A DNA stretch of 63,875 nucleotides, counting the filler, from Octopus bimaculoides (taxonomy: Eukaryota), in NCBI RefSeq assembly GCF_001194135.2. It is 7 parts of 6 records of this genome, joined end to end, with 100 filler letters (N's around TTAATTAATTAA, not from the genome) between each part and the next. Parts side by side here need not be neighbours in the genome. Positions count along the whole stretch, not along the records: positions 13,150 to 24,341 come from NC_069001.1; positions 24,442 to 46,370 come from NC_068981.1; 5 more parts are not named here. One strand, given 5' to 3'. Both the position numbers and the translations under genes were made by a program. A model generated the notes under the pieces. It was not told the origin of the DNA. It searched no databases and saw only the letters and a list, made by a program, of their open reading frames with translations. Below are positions 22,515 to 35,055 of the stretch, in pieces; position 1 is the first letter of the stretch, and every line of letters begins with the position of its first letter.

Positions 22515-22831
22515 TTCTCTCACTCCGTCGCTTACGACGTCGAGGGTTCCAGTTGATCCGATCAACGGAACAGCCTGCTCGTGAAATTAACACGTGTACC
22601 CTTAACGTAGTTCTCGGGGATATTCAGCGTGACACAGTGTGACAAGGTTAACCCTTTGAGTTACAGGCACAACAGAAACAGGAAGTAAGAGTGAGAGAAA
22701 GTTGTGGTGAAAGAGTACAGCAGGGTTCGACACCATCCCCTGCTGGAGCCTTGTGGAGCTTTAGGTGTTTTCGCTTAATAAACACTCACAACGCCTGGTC
22801 TGGGAATCGAAATCGCGATCCTATGACCGCG
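22515..22831 (-). mobile_element. Family-C SINE; 5' end runs into a gap
   Basis: Reverse complement of 6670-7040 with an internal deletion. Confidence 0.9.
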
Positions 22832-23471
22832 NNNNNNNNNNNNNNNNNNNNNNNNNNNNNNNNNNNNNNNNNNNNNNNNNNNNNNNNNNNNNNNNNNNNN
22901 NNNNNNNNNNNNNNNNNNNNNNNNNNNNNNNNNNNNNNNNNNNNNNNNNNNNNNNNNNNNNNNNNNNNNNNNNNNNNNNNNNNNNNNNNNNNNNNNNNNN
23001 NNNNNNNNNNNNNNNNNNNNNNNNNNNNNNNNNNNNNNNNNNNNNNNNNNNNNNNNNNNNNNNNNNNNNNNNNNNNNNNNNNNNNNNNNNNNNNNNNNNN
23101 NNNNNNNNNNNNNNNNNNNNNNNNNNNNNNNNNNNNNNNNNNNNNNNNNNNNNNNNNNNNNNNNNNNNNNNNNNNNNNNNNNNNNNNNNNNNNNNNNNNN
23201 NNNNNNNNNNNNNNNNNNNNNNNNNNNNNNNNNNNNNNNNNNNNNNNNNNNNNNNNNNNNNNNNNNNNNNNNNNNNNNNNNNNNNNNNNNNNNNNNNNNN
23301 NNNNNNNNNNNNNNNNNNNNNNNNNNNNNNNNNNNNNNNNNNNNNNNNNNNNNNNNNNNNNNNNNNNNNNNNNNNNNNNNNNNNNNNNNNNNNNNNNNNN
23401 NNNNNNNNNNNNNNNNNNNNNNNNNNNNNNNNNNNNNNNNNNNNNNNNNNNNNNNNNNNNNNNNNNNNNNN

Positions 23472-23516
<45 letters not shown>

Positions 23517-24287
23517 CATATATACGACGGGCTTCTTTCAGTTTCCGTCTACCAAATCCACTCACAAGGCTTTGGTCGGCCCGAGGTTATAGTAGAAGAC
23601 ACTTGCCCAAGGTGCTACGCAGTGGGACTCAACCCAGAACCATGTGGTTGCTAAGTAAGCTACTGACCACACAGCCACTCCTGCGCCTATCTTTTATCCT
23701 TTCAGGATCAATAAAACAGACACCAGTTAAGCACTGTTGTTGATGTAATCAACAAGCCCCACACCTTCCCCATATTTCAAGCCTTGTACCTATAGTAGAA
23801 AGATTTTATTATTATTAGTAAGGCTAGGAACTTGCAGAATAGTAAGTAGACAGTGCAGCAGATAGAATACTTTACAGTTAATTCTTTAAGTTTAGTCAAC
23901 ACTTTCTAGCGTGTCCTGGGTTCAAACATTCCCAAGAAGTTAACCGTTCTTTAGAGGAAGGGAAAGAGAGAAGTTAGTGGCAATAATATAAGTACCAGTA
24001 ATATACTGGTACCATTGCAATGAACTTCACTCTCACCTTATAACTGGCTTTGTGTTTTAAATAAGTAATCATGTTCACATCTGATTTCCAATCTGATATG
24101 GTAAGGTGTAGGTTGGCACAACCTGAGTCAGCTCTTATTTTGAGTCACTACCCTCCTAGATGGGCTGGAAAACCTTCCCCTTTTGACATGATCTGGGTGG
24201 CCTCTCTTATATCAGGCATTTATGTGGCACCAGTTGTACAGTAGCTACATCCTCTGATGGACCAAAGGATTCTCTTACCCCATTTGC

Positions 24288-24341
<54 letters not shown>

Positions 24342-24745
24342 NNNNNNNNNNNNNNNNNNNNNNNNNNNNNNNNNNNNNNNNNNNNTTAATTAATTAANNN
24401 NNNNNNNNNNNNNNNNNNNNNNNNNNNNNNNNNNNNNNNNNGGGTGTCAGTGGGTTGTCTAGGACCATACATAGTTAATTCTATAATGTTATGATCTGAG
24501 AGAGACGTGGGCGTTATTTTCACATTATGGATTAATCGATACATGTGTGTGTTAAAAGTTCCTAAGCCTTAAGGTTATCACGAAAAGTCTGGTTGGGAGC
24601 CTAACTTTTCTAGTTCTTTTATAGCGCTTCAAAAAAACTGAAGGGCCGCTGCAAAATGTGTGAAGGGAATGTGTTGAATTCAGTCATAGTAATCTGATAC
24701 TCTTGTATTTTCTTTTACCCAAAGTCAAGAACTTTTCAGTACCCC

Positions 24746-24795
<50 letters not shown>

Positions 24796-25354
24796 ATATA
24801 TATATACATATGTGCATGTATATACATGAGTGTATGATATAAGCCATGTATGTGTATGTATGTTTGTATGTATGTGTATGTATATATATATATATATAAA
24901 TACATAGTAATAAATACCATTATTATGTGTGCATGTGTGTGTGTGTATGTATGTGTGTGAGTGCGTGGTGTGTGTGTGTGTGTGTGTATTAATGGAAGGT
25001 TTTAGAGAGCATGTCCTACAGGGTGATACTTCAGTAGCAAGATAAGCAAGACAAACATACCATTGCTACTAGCCAGGTCTGTCTATGAGATCGTGCAAAG
25101 AACACACGGCCAAATGATTGCCGAGTTGCGCTAGTTGTTTCATTTCAGGTAAGTAGTAGTTTATCCACATTGAGCAGACATATATTCAGAGACATTCCAG
25201 CCATGACTAGCCCGTTTGTGGACTTTCTAAAATCTTGTATCTAAGTTATTATCTTAAAATACTTTACGTTTTCTATGGCGAATTTATTTGACTATGTACC
25301 TTCGTTAGTTTGAAAAGGAAAAACAACTTTTGTAGATAACATAAATATATGCAT

Positions 25355-25391
<37 letters not shown>

Positions 25392-25829
25392 NNNNNNNNN
25401 NNNNNNNNNNNNNNNNNNNNNNNNNNNNNNNNNNNNNNNNNNNNNNNNNNNNNNNNNNNNNNNNNNNNNNNNNNNNNNNNNNNNNNNNNNNNNNNNNNNN
25501 NNNNNNNNNNNNNNNNNNNNNNNNNNNNNNNNNNNNNNNNNNNNNNNNNNNNNNNNNNNNNNNNNNNNNNNNNNNNNNNNNNNNNNNNNNNNNNNNNNNN
25601 NNNNNNNNNNNNNNNNNNNNNNNNNNNNNNNNNNNNNNNNNNNNNNNNNNNNNNNNNNNNNNNNNNNNNNNNNNNNNNNNNNNNNNNNNNNNNNNNNNNN
25701 NNNNNNNNNNNNNNNNNNNNNNNNNNNNNNNNNNNNNNNNNNNNNNNNNNNNNNNNNNNNNNNNNNNNNNNNNNNNNNNNNNNNNNNNNNNNNNNNNNNN
25801 NNNNNNNNNNNNNNNNNNNNNNNNNNNNN

Positions 25830-25879
<50 letters not shown>

Positions 25880-25885
<6 letters not shown>

Positions 25886-26310
25886 TTTTATTCTTTTACA
25901 GTCATTTGATTGCAGCTATGTTGGGGCACCGCCTTGAATTTTTAGTCGAATGAATCGACTCCAGTACTTAATATTTTAAGCTCAGTACTTATTCTATCGA
26001 ACTGTTTTGCCGAACTGCTAAGTTACAGGGACACAAACACACCAAGACCAGTTGTCAAGTGGTGGTGGTGGTGGTGGGATTGGGGAAACAGACACAAAAA
26101 TACTCTCACACACATAAATCTATATACATATACATAAATATGACGGGCTTCATTCAGTTTCTGTCTACCAATTCCACTAACAAGGCTTTGGTCGGCCCGA
26201 GGCTATAGTAGAAGGCACTTGCCCAAGGTGTCACGCAGTAGGACTGAACCCAGAAACATGTGGTTAGGAAGCAAGCTTCTTACCACTTACCACACACCCA
26301 CGCCTGCACC
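25880..26310 (-). mobile_element. Family-B SINE, full length
   Basis: Tail cttttacagtcatttgattgcagctatgttggggcaccgcc, central CA/TA repeat, reverse-complement head to 26305. Confidence 0.85.
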
Positions 26311-26643
26311 TATATATATAGTATGTAGATAGAGTTATAATCAAAGCTTTGTCATCACGAAGCACATCTGTCTATTCCAGTATTCCCAAACTGAATGTTG
26401 ATGTTATAATTTTGAGAGGCACGCATAAGAATTGAGAGCTACTAGAAAATAGTCTTTTTGCTGAGTAAGTACATATCAAAACAAGAGAAAGGTATAAACT
26501 TTTGGTATTACTTATTCACCTGAACATTTGTTTCAACTGCTAATAATAGGTGTTACAAAATTATATATGTAGGAAAAACGTCTTCAGACTGAGAATGAAA
26601 TAATATTCCCTTCACCTGATACTTCTGAGGCTAATAAAAGAAC

Positions 26644-26684
<41 letters not shown>

Positions 26685-26738
26685 CTTCTTCTTCTTCTTC
26701 TTCTTCTTCTTCTTCTTCTTCTTCTTCTTCTTCTTCTT
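26644..26738. repeat. Compound (TTG)n(CTT)n microsatellite
   Basis: Direct reading. Confidence 0.98.
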
Positions 26739-26879
26739 TAAAATTGCTTCACTTGGCTCCATGTAAACAGAAGTGTTTTTGACATCTTACAGAAACCTAC
26801 CTCGACGAGCAAGGTTTTGTAAGAAATTTAAAACATTTTAAGTTGCATGGGACCAAATCTGACTACTTTAAATATTACT

Positions 26880-26881
<2 letters not shown>

Positions 26882-26916
<35 letters not shown>

Positions 26917-26938
26917 ACGACAACAACAACAACAGCAA
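26882..26938. repeat. (CAG)n(CAA)n microsatellite
   Basis: Direct reading. Confidence 0.95.
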
Positions 26939-26944
26939 CCAAAC

Positions 26945-27240
26945 TTTGGCCACGAACTGGAGGGTCAACCTTAGGAATGAACAAGTGTCTCTGCCGTGCC
27001 GCATCTGCAATAGAGTGGACACATATTGCAATAAAAGAAATTACAATAATGTGCCCAGTAGAATTGTTACAAAAGGTTTGCCTCCTTGGCACGGCCAGAA
27101 TGATCAGGAAAGTATCAGATAGCTGAAATGAATGGCAAGCATGGTACCGTAGGCTACAAGTAGCAAGCCCGCAACGCATGTAAGACTTCAGGAGCTCCAA
27201 CAAAACTTGTGATAAAGAGAAGTAATAACAATAACAAAAA
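26945..27240 (+). mobile_element. Extreme 3' end of a second RLE-type (R4/Dong-like) non-LTR element
   Basis: A frame not in the ORF track reads ...CPVELLQKVCLLGTARMIRKVSDS* (LQK.CLLGTAR.IRKV hallmark at 27067-27114), then a short UTR and an (AAT/AAC)n tail. Confidence 0.8.
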
Positions 27241-27399
27241 CAACAATAATGATAATACCTTAAGGCTAGTGATTGGCGTATCTTATTTTAAAGTCACTTT
27301 CACCCAGTCTAATCTATTTTTCGTTCAGTTCAGGATAGAGATGATCTTGGTACCGTAGCCGAGTGAGATAATCATGATCTAATGGACATATATCAGGAT

Positions 27400-28100
27400 T
27401 CCTGAAGCTGCATTCTGGAGAAGGCATCTTGGTTGAATTCTGTGGATTGATGTTTTTCATATTAGCGCCACAAATGTAAGAAATTTCCACGAAACGTATA
27501 TTGAAGATTTTGTCATATCTATGGTTAACGGGGAAGTGTTTAGCTAATATGTCTAGGAAATGTTTACCCTATATTAGTTAACTTAGCCACATATACTTTT
27601 AGACTTGATACTTACTTCGAGTCGGAGCGTCCAGTGCGTTTTTATAGCAGGAGCTATCTTGTCGAAACTTTCTTTAGAGAGAAGAGGTTTAGAGATTCGT
27701 AACTAATGCTAACTATAAAGTTTTTAAAGATGACAGGCGAATAGCAGGATTGTTTGTATATACACCTAAACTTTTCCTGCAATTTATTGTAAGGATTGTA
27801 AGTATTTAAATTTAGGTCCAGTAAAATATCTTTTTAATTACTTGAGTGAGATTTTTTGTAGCTGTAATTTTAAAACCTATAATACTAGAAGCAAAAATGG
27901 GGTTTATTTGACGGGTAAAAGGACATGACCTAAATTCCATAAATGGAATTATCCCTTGCTCCCTCGGAACGTCTTTCTCGTTTTTACTCGTATGTTATTT
28001 GGGTCTGAGTATTTCCCGGATCGTGAAAGATACGCTATACAAGCTCATCCGCTTACTGCATTATCTGAAACTTTCGTATAACTCCACTATTCATTAAAGT
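27400..28100 (-). mobile_element. Penelope-like element (Neptune/Naiad-type) RT thumb relic
   Basis: Minus-strand fragments GFKITATKNLTQV, LDLNLNTYNPYNK, ESFDKIAP.YKNAL and NIG*TFLDILAKHFPVNHRYDKIFN...EISYICGANMKNI, matching ...KHFP..H...KIFNR..VK.SYSC..NM motifs; frameshifted. Confidence 0.75.
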
Positions 28101-29319
28101 ATGTTTATCTCTCGCTCAAATGATAGTTTTTCTCTTTTCTTTTCCTTTTCTGAATCTATCAACAATCGAAGGGTACACTATATAAATATATANNNNNNNN
28201 NNNNNNNNNNNNNNNNNNNNNNNNNNNNNNNNNNNNNNNNNNNNNNNNNNNNNNNNNNNNNNNNNNNNNNNNNNNNNNNNNNNNNNNNNNNNNNNNNNNN
28301 NNNNNNNNNNNNNNNNNNNNNNNNNNNNNNNNNNNNNNNNNNNNNNNNNNNNNNNNNNNNNNNNNNNNNNNNNNNNNNNNNNNNNNNNNNNNNNNNNNNN
28401 NNNNNNNNNNNNNNNNNNNNNNNNNNNNNNNNNNNNNNNNNNNNNNNNNNNNNNNNNNNNNNNNNNNNNNNNNNNNNNNNNNNNNNNNNNNNNNNNNNNN
28501 NNNNNNNNNNNNNNNNNNNNNNNNNNNNNNNNNNNNNNNNNNNNNNNNNNNNNNNNNNNNNNNNNNNNNNNNNNNNNNNNNNNNNNNNNNNNNNNNNNNN
28601 NNNNNNNNNNNNNNNNNNNNNNNNNNNNNNNNNNNNNNNNNNNNNNNNNNNNNNNNNNNNNNNNNNNNNNNNNNNNNNNNNNNNNNNNNNNNNNNNNNNN
28701 NNNNNNNNNNNNNNNNNNNNNNNNNNNNNNNNNNNNNNNNNNNNNNNNNNNNNNNNNNNNNNNNNNNNNNNNNNNNNNNNNNNNNNNNNNNNNNNNNNNN
28801 NNNNNNNNNNNNNNNNNNNNNNNNNNNNNNNTATATATATATATATATATATATTTGGAAAAGCGTGTATTTGCACATGCGAGTGTCTATGTGTGTTTGC
28901 GTGTGCGTGCGTGAGAGAGAGTATGTGTTTACATACATTGATATGTATCTGACGCTGATGTTATGTATATTTGTATGTACAAATATTTACTGTCTCTAAC
29001 AAACAGTGCATGGCAACCGACAATTCTAGTTCTGCTTCGGCCGGTATCGCCTTCCTAACGAAAGTTTGATCAAAGAGTGGTCACAGTTCATGCTTGCATA
29101 GTAACAGTACCGGTTGGATGTAAACATGGAGATTAACCCACCTTGCTATCTTATTATTTCTAATGTTATATTTTTAAGGGTAAAGGGTGGGGGTAACAAC
29201 GACGAACATTGTGGAATTCGGCCGAGGAATTCACGTTGACCATAAAAGCATATAAACAATCTTGTATTTAAAAAATATATATAAATGAATAGATATATAA
29301 ACATAAAATAAATATATAT

Positions 29320-29915
29320 AGGCGCAGGTGTGACTGTGAAAAGAAGCTCATATCCCAACTACATGTTTCCGAGTTCAGTCTCACTGCGTGGCGCCTTCGG
29401 CAAGTGTTTTCTACTATAGCCTCGGGCTGATCGAAGTCTTGTGAGTGGATTTTGTAGACCGAAACTGAAAGAAGCCCGTCGTATATAAATGTGTGTGTGT
29501 GTGTGTGTGACAGCTTATATGTATGTGCTTGACCGCTAAATCTTTTATTCTCTCTCTGTTTATTTTCTCTTATTCTTTTCTGTGGAAGAACGTAGGCCCG
29601 AAACGTAGAAGACTTTTTCACTTTCCCGTGCGTCAAACTAATACATCTGCTTGTTATTCATACAGCTGTCTTCGTCTTTTGTTTTTCTATAAATTTCAAC
29701 TATATGTGTGTGTTTGAGTTTGTCTCACCATCATCGCTTGAGAACCGGTGTTGACGTGTTTACACCCTCGCAACTTAGCGGTTTGGCAAAGTGGCCAATA
29801 GAATAAGTTGTAGGACTTAAAAAATAAGTTCTGGGGCCGAATTGCTCTACAAAAACACTTCAAGGCGATGCTCCAGCATGGCTGCAGTCAAACGACTGAA
29901 ACAAGTAAAAGAATA
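29320..29915 (+). mobile_element. Family-B SINE with an extra insert (about 29510-29700) in its microsatellite
   Basis: Head ggcgcaggtgtgactgtgaaaagaagctc..., tail aggcgatgctccagcatggctgcagtcaaacgactgaaac; the insert carries a degenerate hammerhead-like motif. Confidence 0.85.
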
Positions 29916-30504
29916 TACTTCTCCCATAACCATTACAGTACATACTTTTTGTATGAAACATATCCTAGTTGGTAAGAAGGTCGCATCGTAATCATGAGGT
30001 TCCAGATTCGATTCCGTTGCATGGCATCTTCGTTAAGTCTTCCGTTTTTTCTGTTTTTTTTTTTTTTTTGTCTAAATCTAATTTCGAGCTGACCGAAAAA
30101 TTTTGAGTGAAACTGGATTGAGCGAAACAGTATGGAAATCCATCGGATGAATTATACTTGTAATTCGAAGGGCTAACATTACTGCTTAATTAAAATGATG
30201 CAGAAGGTACACCCGAGTCACGCTAAGAGCTCATGCCTGGAAAATTCAGACATTTATATATTAATTTCAAAGTATAGATAATTCAGTTGGTCAACCAATT
30301 AGTGTACTTATCAGGGAAACTTACTGAGTACCCATCACATATATGTAGTATCATTACACTGTTCTATCACCTTTCTTCTTAATCCTCCTTTTCCCCCTAT
30401 CATCTCGGGTATGAAATTTTTTGGCACAGCCGTTTTGGTGCCGTTTATTTGGCGCCGTTGATTTTGTTCTGACTTATTCGTCATCAGACGTTTTAATGTA
30501 TCTC

Positions 30505-30620
30505 TTGGTCTCTCTCTCTCTCTCCCTCCCTTCCCATGCTTCTCTTTCTCTCTCCCTCCCTTCCCATGCTTCTCTTTCTCTCTCCCTCCCTTCCCATCCT
30601 TCTCTTTCTCTCTCCCTCTC
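30505..30620. repeat. 30-bp pyrimidine minisatellite, about 3.5 copies
   Basis: ctctccctcccttcccatgcttctctttct repeated. Confidence 0.9.
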
Positions 30621-32294
30621 TCTCCCCTCCTCTCTCTCCCCATTCCTCTCTCTCTTCGTGAGTGCAAGTATGAAGAGAAAGAAAGTATTAGAAAGTGTTA
30701 TGCCGTTCGTGCTCCCTTTATAAATTGTAATTTTCCTCTCACTCACTCACTNNNNNNNNNNNNNNNNNNNNNNNNNNNNNNNNNNNNNNNNNNNNNNNNN
30801 NNNNNNNNNNNNNNNNNNNNNNNNNNNNNNNNNNNNNNNNNNNNNNNNNNNNNNNNNCTGTCTTTTTATCTACCTGTACGTGTATATTTCTGCGCTCGCG
30901 TGGGTGTGTGTGTGTGTGTTATCCTCGAGTGCCTAAAATGTACTGTCGCTAAGACAGGTTCAGTGTCCAGTCAGCCGTGCTAAACCATCAGCGTTCAAAC
31001 AGCTGCAACCAATCATCTACTTTCACGTCATCTCCTCCCTTACTTTTCTCCAACCTTCTAGTAAGTATTTTTCTTTTTTGATTGTTCAATGGTGGACGGT
31101 TAAAAAGACCGTCCGCCATGTCGATTACATCGACCCCAGTACTCAACTACTACTTAATTTATCGATCTCGAAAGGATGAAAGGCAAAGACGACCTCGGCG
31201 GAATTTGAACTCAGAACGTAGCAGCAGACGAAATAATGCTAAGCATTTCGGCCATCGTGCTAACGGTTCTGCCAGCTCGCCGCCTCATGTCCGAAATAAT
31301 AGTACATCAAGAACTACACGATTCGATCCCGCTGTGTGACATCTTGTGCAAAATCATTTTCTATACGAGCAGGAGTGGCTGTGTGATAAGAAGCTTGCTT
31401 CCCAACCACATGCTTCCGGCTTCGGTACCACTGCGTGGCACTTTGGGCATGTGTCTTCTACTATAGCTTTGGACCGACCAAAGCCTCGTGGGTAAATTTG
31501 GTAGATGGAAACTGAAAGACGCCAGTCGTATGTGTGTGTGTTTTTGTGTCTATGTTTGTCGCCTACCACCGCTTGACAACCGGTACTGGAGTCGATTCAT
31601 TCGACTAAAAAACCTTCAAGATGGTGTCCCAAAATGGCCGCAGTCTAATGGCTGAAGCAAAAAAAAAAAAATTAAAATAAATAAATAAATAAAAGATAGC
31701 TTCAATTTGACTCATACCTTGTGAGTGAAACTGGGTGGGCAAAACCTGCAAAGGAGTCTGTCGGATGAATTGTACCTGTAATTCAAAAGGCATAAGCCTT
31801 GTCACACACACTAACACACACATTATCTCTCTCTCGACTCTCCCCCTTTCTCTCTCATGTGTTTGTATCTATTTCATTCGAATGAACGTTTCTGTCGACA
31901 GTAATCGTTGTCATCTAAAGAAGCTCTTATATGCGGAAACTCACAAGCCGCATAAAATACCCGTGCTCAGCAACATGCGTTGAGTAATTTTTCTCCCGTT
32001 TGTCTGGCAATTTTAGTCTTAATATATTGTTAAATCATTTCGGCTCATGAAATAGTGGCTAAGCATTGCACTCACTATCGTGAGATTGCGGGTTCAATTC
32101 CTGTACCAGGTGGTGCGTTGTGTTCTTCATCTCACTTTGACACCTAGCGTGTGATACATCACACACCTGTTCGGGCAACGTTGATTTGATCCCTATAAAC
32201 AAATCATTTGTACAGGTTGCTCGGCAAGAAATTGTTCAGCCGTATTTCTCAGACAACGAGAGGCTACCACCGTCCTCAATATCAAACCTCGAGA

Positions 32295-32968
32295 TTATTG
32301 AAGCGGCTCTCGGTCAAAAAGTCGCGATGCAAATTCGAACGCGAGACCACATGGCTGTGAAGCATATGTCTTAACCATACAGTTATGGTTATGAACGCCA
32401 TTACTGACTACTATAGGAAGCTCTTGGTCAGAATGTTGCGATACAGGATCGAACACTGTGCGGTTATGAAGTGAATTTTCAACAATACTGTCATGCTTGC
32501 ACCCCGTTACTAATTCTATAGTAGGCTCTTGACCAAAATGCTGCAACGCAGGATCGAGTTCGGCACCATGTGGTTATAAAGCAAATTTTCTAATTACACA
32601 GTCATGCTTGAACGCCGTTATTAACTACTGTAGGAAGCTTTTGGTCAAAATGTCACAATACAGGATCGAGCCCAGTACCACATGGTTATGAAGTAAATTA
32701 TCTAATCATACAGTCATGCCTTCAGCCCCTGACTACCTACTATAGGAGGCTCCTGACTAAAATGTCGCGATGCAGGATCGAGCGCAGAACCACGTGATTA
32801 TGAAGCAAATTTTCTAACCATACTGTCACGCTTTCAATCCGTTACTAACTGCCATAGGAAGCTCTTGGCCAAAATGTCACGATGCAGGATGGAGCTCAGA
32901 ACCACGTGATTATGAAGCAAACTTTTTAATCACACAGTCATGCATGCACACCGTTACTAACTACTATA
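32295..32968 (-). repeat. Tandem array of six about 112-bp units derived from the family-B SINE tRNA head
   Basis: Anchor cta/gtag at 32411, 32516, 32628, 32740, 32852, 32964; each unit is the reverse complement of the SINE head. Confidence 0.85.
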
Positions 32969-34138
32969 AAGATATTTCAAGAACTTACAAGAGGGGAAAG
33001 AAACGAAAGCATCCGCCACTTCCATCACTATGACCTCACTGGTGTCAGTATCACTTCAACCTTTGAAGCTACATGACATAGGCTTCATCTGAGATTTAGC
33101 TAATGTCTAGTGAGAATAGTCTACATACTTTCTATCCCTGAAGAATTTCTAGTTTGACAATTCAAAAATATCATCTTCACAAAAGCAACAAAAAGAAAAA
33201 GGGAAACCGCAATTCCTGTCGTTTGTCTTCCCTTCCCCCCCTTCTCTTTCTCTGTTTTTGTCTTCCAACAAATTTTATGCGTTATGTGAATCATTATAAG
33301 ATAAAGTATTTCGGCAGGCGCCGTTGTGATAGGTAATTTCTTGGTGAACCCAGATTAGTGACAGGGCGCGATTTCGATTACTAGCTCTAACCATTTCGAT
33401 TCCCTTATGCATTCGTACCCTTGAGAAAACTAATGAAGGCCATATAAATATTTTACTATATTATTGGTTTCAGTGTTTCTTATGTGGTCATGCTATAGCA
33501 CTGATTTAAAGGGGTCTTTGTCAATTATATCAACCCCTAGTATTTTATCTATTTACTTTATCGATATCTATTTGTCGAATAGTCGAGTCTAGTTTTTACG
33601 CATGCATTAAGGAACGATTTAAGACACTTCAGCTTCAAATGTACAAGATCTTTTTGTATTAAGTAATCTTATTTGCGTTTTTAAGCACAATGGTTTACCA
33701 ATCCATACATACAACAGAATCATCGTTAAAGTGTTGAAAAATATTAAGGAGATGTACTTGCATAACACGTGAACTGATCTGAGATCGTGTGTTGGAACGA
33801 AAACAATTGCAGCGTGAGAACAGGTCGCGGTCTCAAAGCGACGAAAATATTTTGGCAAATTAAATTTAAATGTTGAAGTGAATCTAACGGTTTTTGTGTG
33901 TTTCTTAAATGGCTTATAAACACCTTCCACGCTGCAATTGTGCTGAAAAATACTTAACATTATTTAATTATCGTTCTTTACATTCCCAGTCGAAATCCTA
34001 CCCAAGTCAGCTTTACCTTCCCTCTGGTTTCGATAAAACAAAGTACCAGTTATATCTCGTGGTTCGTGATATCAACTAACTCCTTCTCCTCAAAACTTCT
34101 AGCCTTTTGCCTAAATCAGGAACCACAATGAATACTTT

Positions 34139-34333
34139 TAAGGCGGCGAGCTGGCAGAGTGGTTAGCACGCCGGGTAAAATATCTAGCGGTATTTAGCCC
34201 GTCGCTAGGTTCTTAGTTCAAATTCCGCCGTGGTCAACTTTGCCTTTCATCCTTCCGGTGTGAAACACTGTGGTCAATGTAATCGACTAGTCCCCTCCAC
34301 CATATTTCAGGCGTTGTTCCTGTAGTAGAAAGG

Positions 34334-34389
<56 letters not shown>

Positions 34390-35055
34390 GGCGGCGAGCT
34401 GACGGAACCGTTAGCACGCCGGGCGAAATGCTTAACGGTATTTCGTTCGTCGCTACGTTCTGGGTTCAAATTCCGCCGAGGTCGAGTTTTCCTTTAATCC
34501 TTTCGGAGTCGATAGATTAAGTACCAGTAGAATACTGGGGTCGATGTAATCGATTAGTCCCCTCCCTACAAATTTCGGGCCTGGTGCCTATAGTAGATAG
34601 GATTATTATTTTTATTATTGGTAAGGCGGCGAGCTGGTAGAATCGTTAGCAAACCAGGAAAAATGCTTAGCGGTATTTTGCCTGTCTTTACGTGCTGAGT
34701 TCAAATTCCACCGAGGTCGACTATTCCTTTCATCCTTTCGGGGTCGATAAATTAAGTACCAGTCAAGTACTTGGGTCGATGAAATCGACTTACTCCTCCC
34801 ACAAAATTTCAGACCTTGTGCCTACAGTAGAAAGGGCTATTATTATTATTATTATTATTAGTGATCTGGCATAATGTTTAGCATGTCGTACAAAACCCTT
34901 AGCGACATTTTATCCGGCTCCTTATGTTCTGAGTTCAAATTTCATCGAAGTCGACTTTACTTTTTATCTTTTCGAAGTCGACATAATAAGTTGCAGTCAA
35001 GTACTATAGTGGACGTAATCGACCAGCCTCCTTTCCCAAAATTTCAGGCAAATTG
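34139..35055 (+). mobile_element. Four head-to-tail family-A SINEs joined by (TTA)n tails
   Basis: Copies start at about 34139, 34389, 34623 and 34861. Confidence 0.9.

Noticed and set aside
26847-27122. Poly-Ser/Asn ORF
   Set aside because: Microsatellite plus an out-of-frame reading of the RLE element tail.
32295-32968. Possible CRISPR array
   Set aside because: Whole units are homologous with no unique spacers, the context is eukaryotic, and there are no cas genes.
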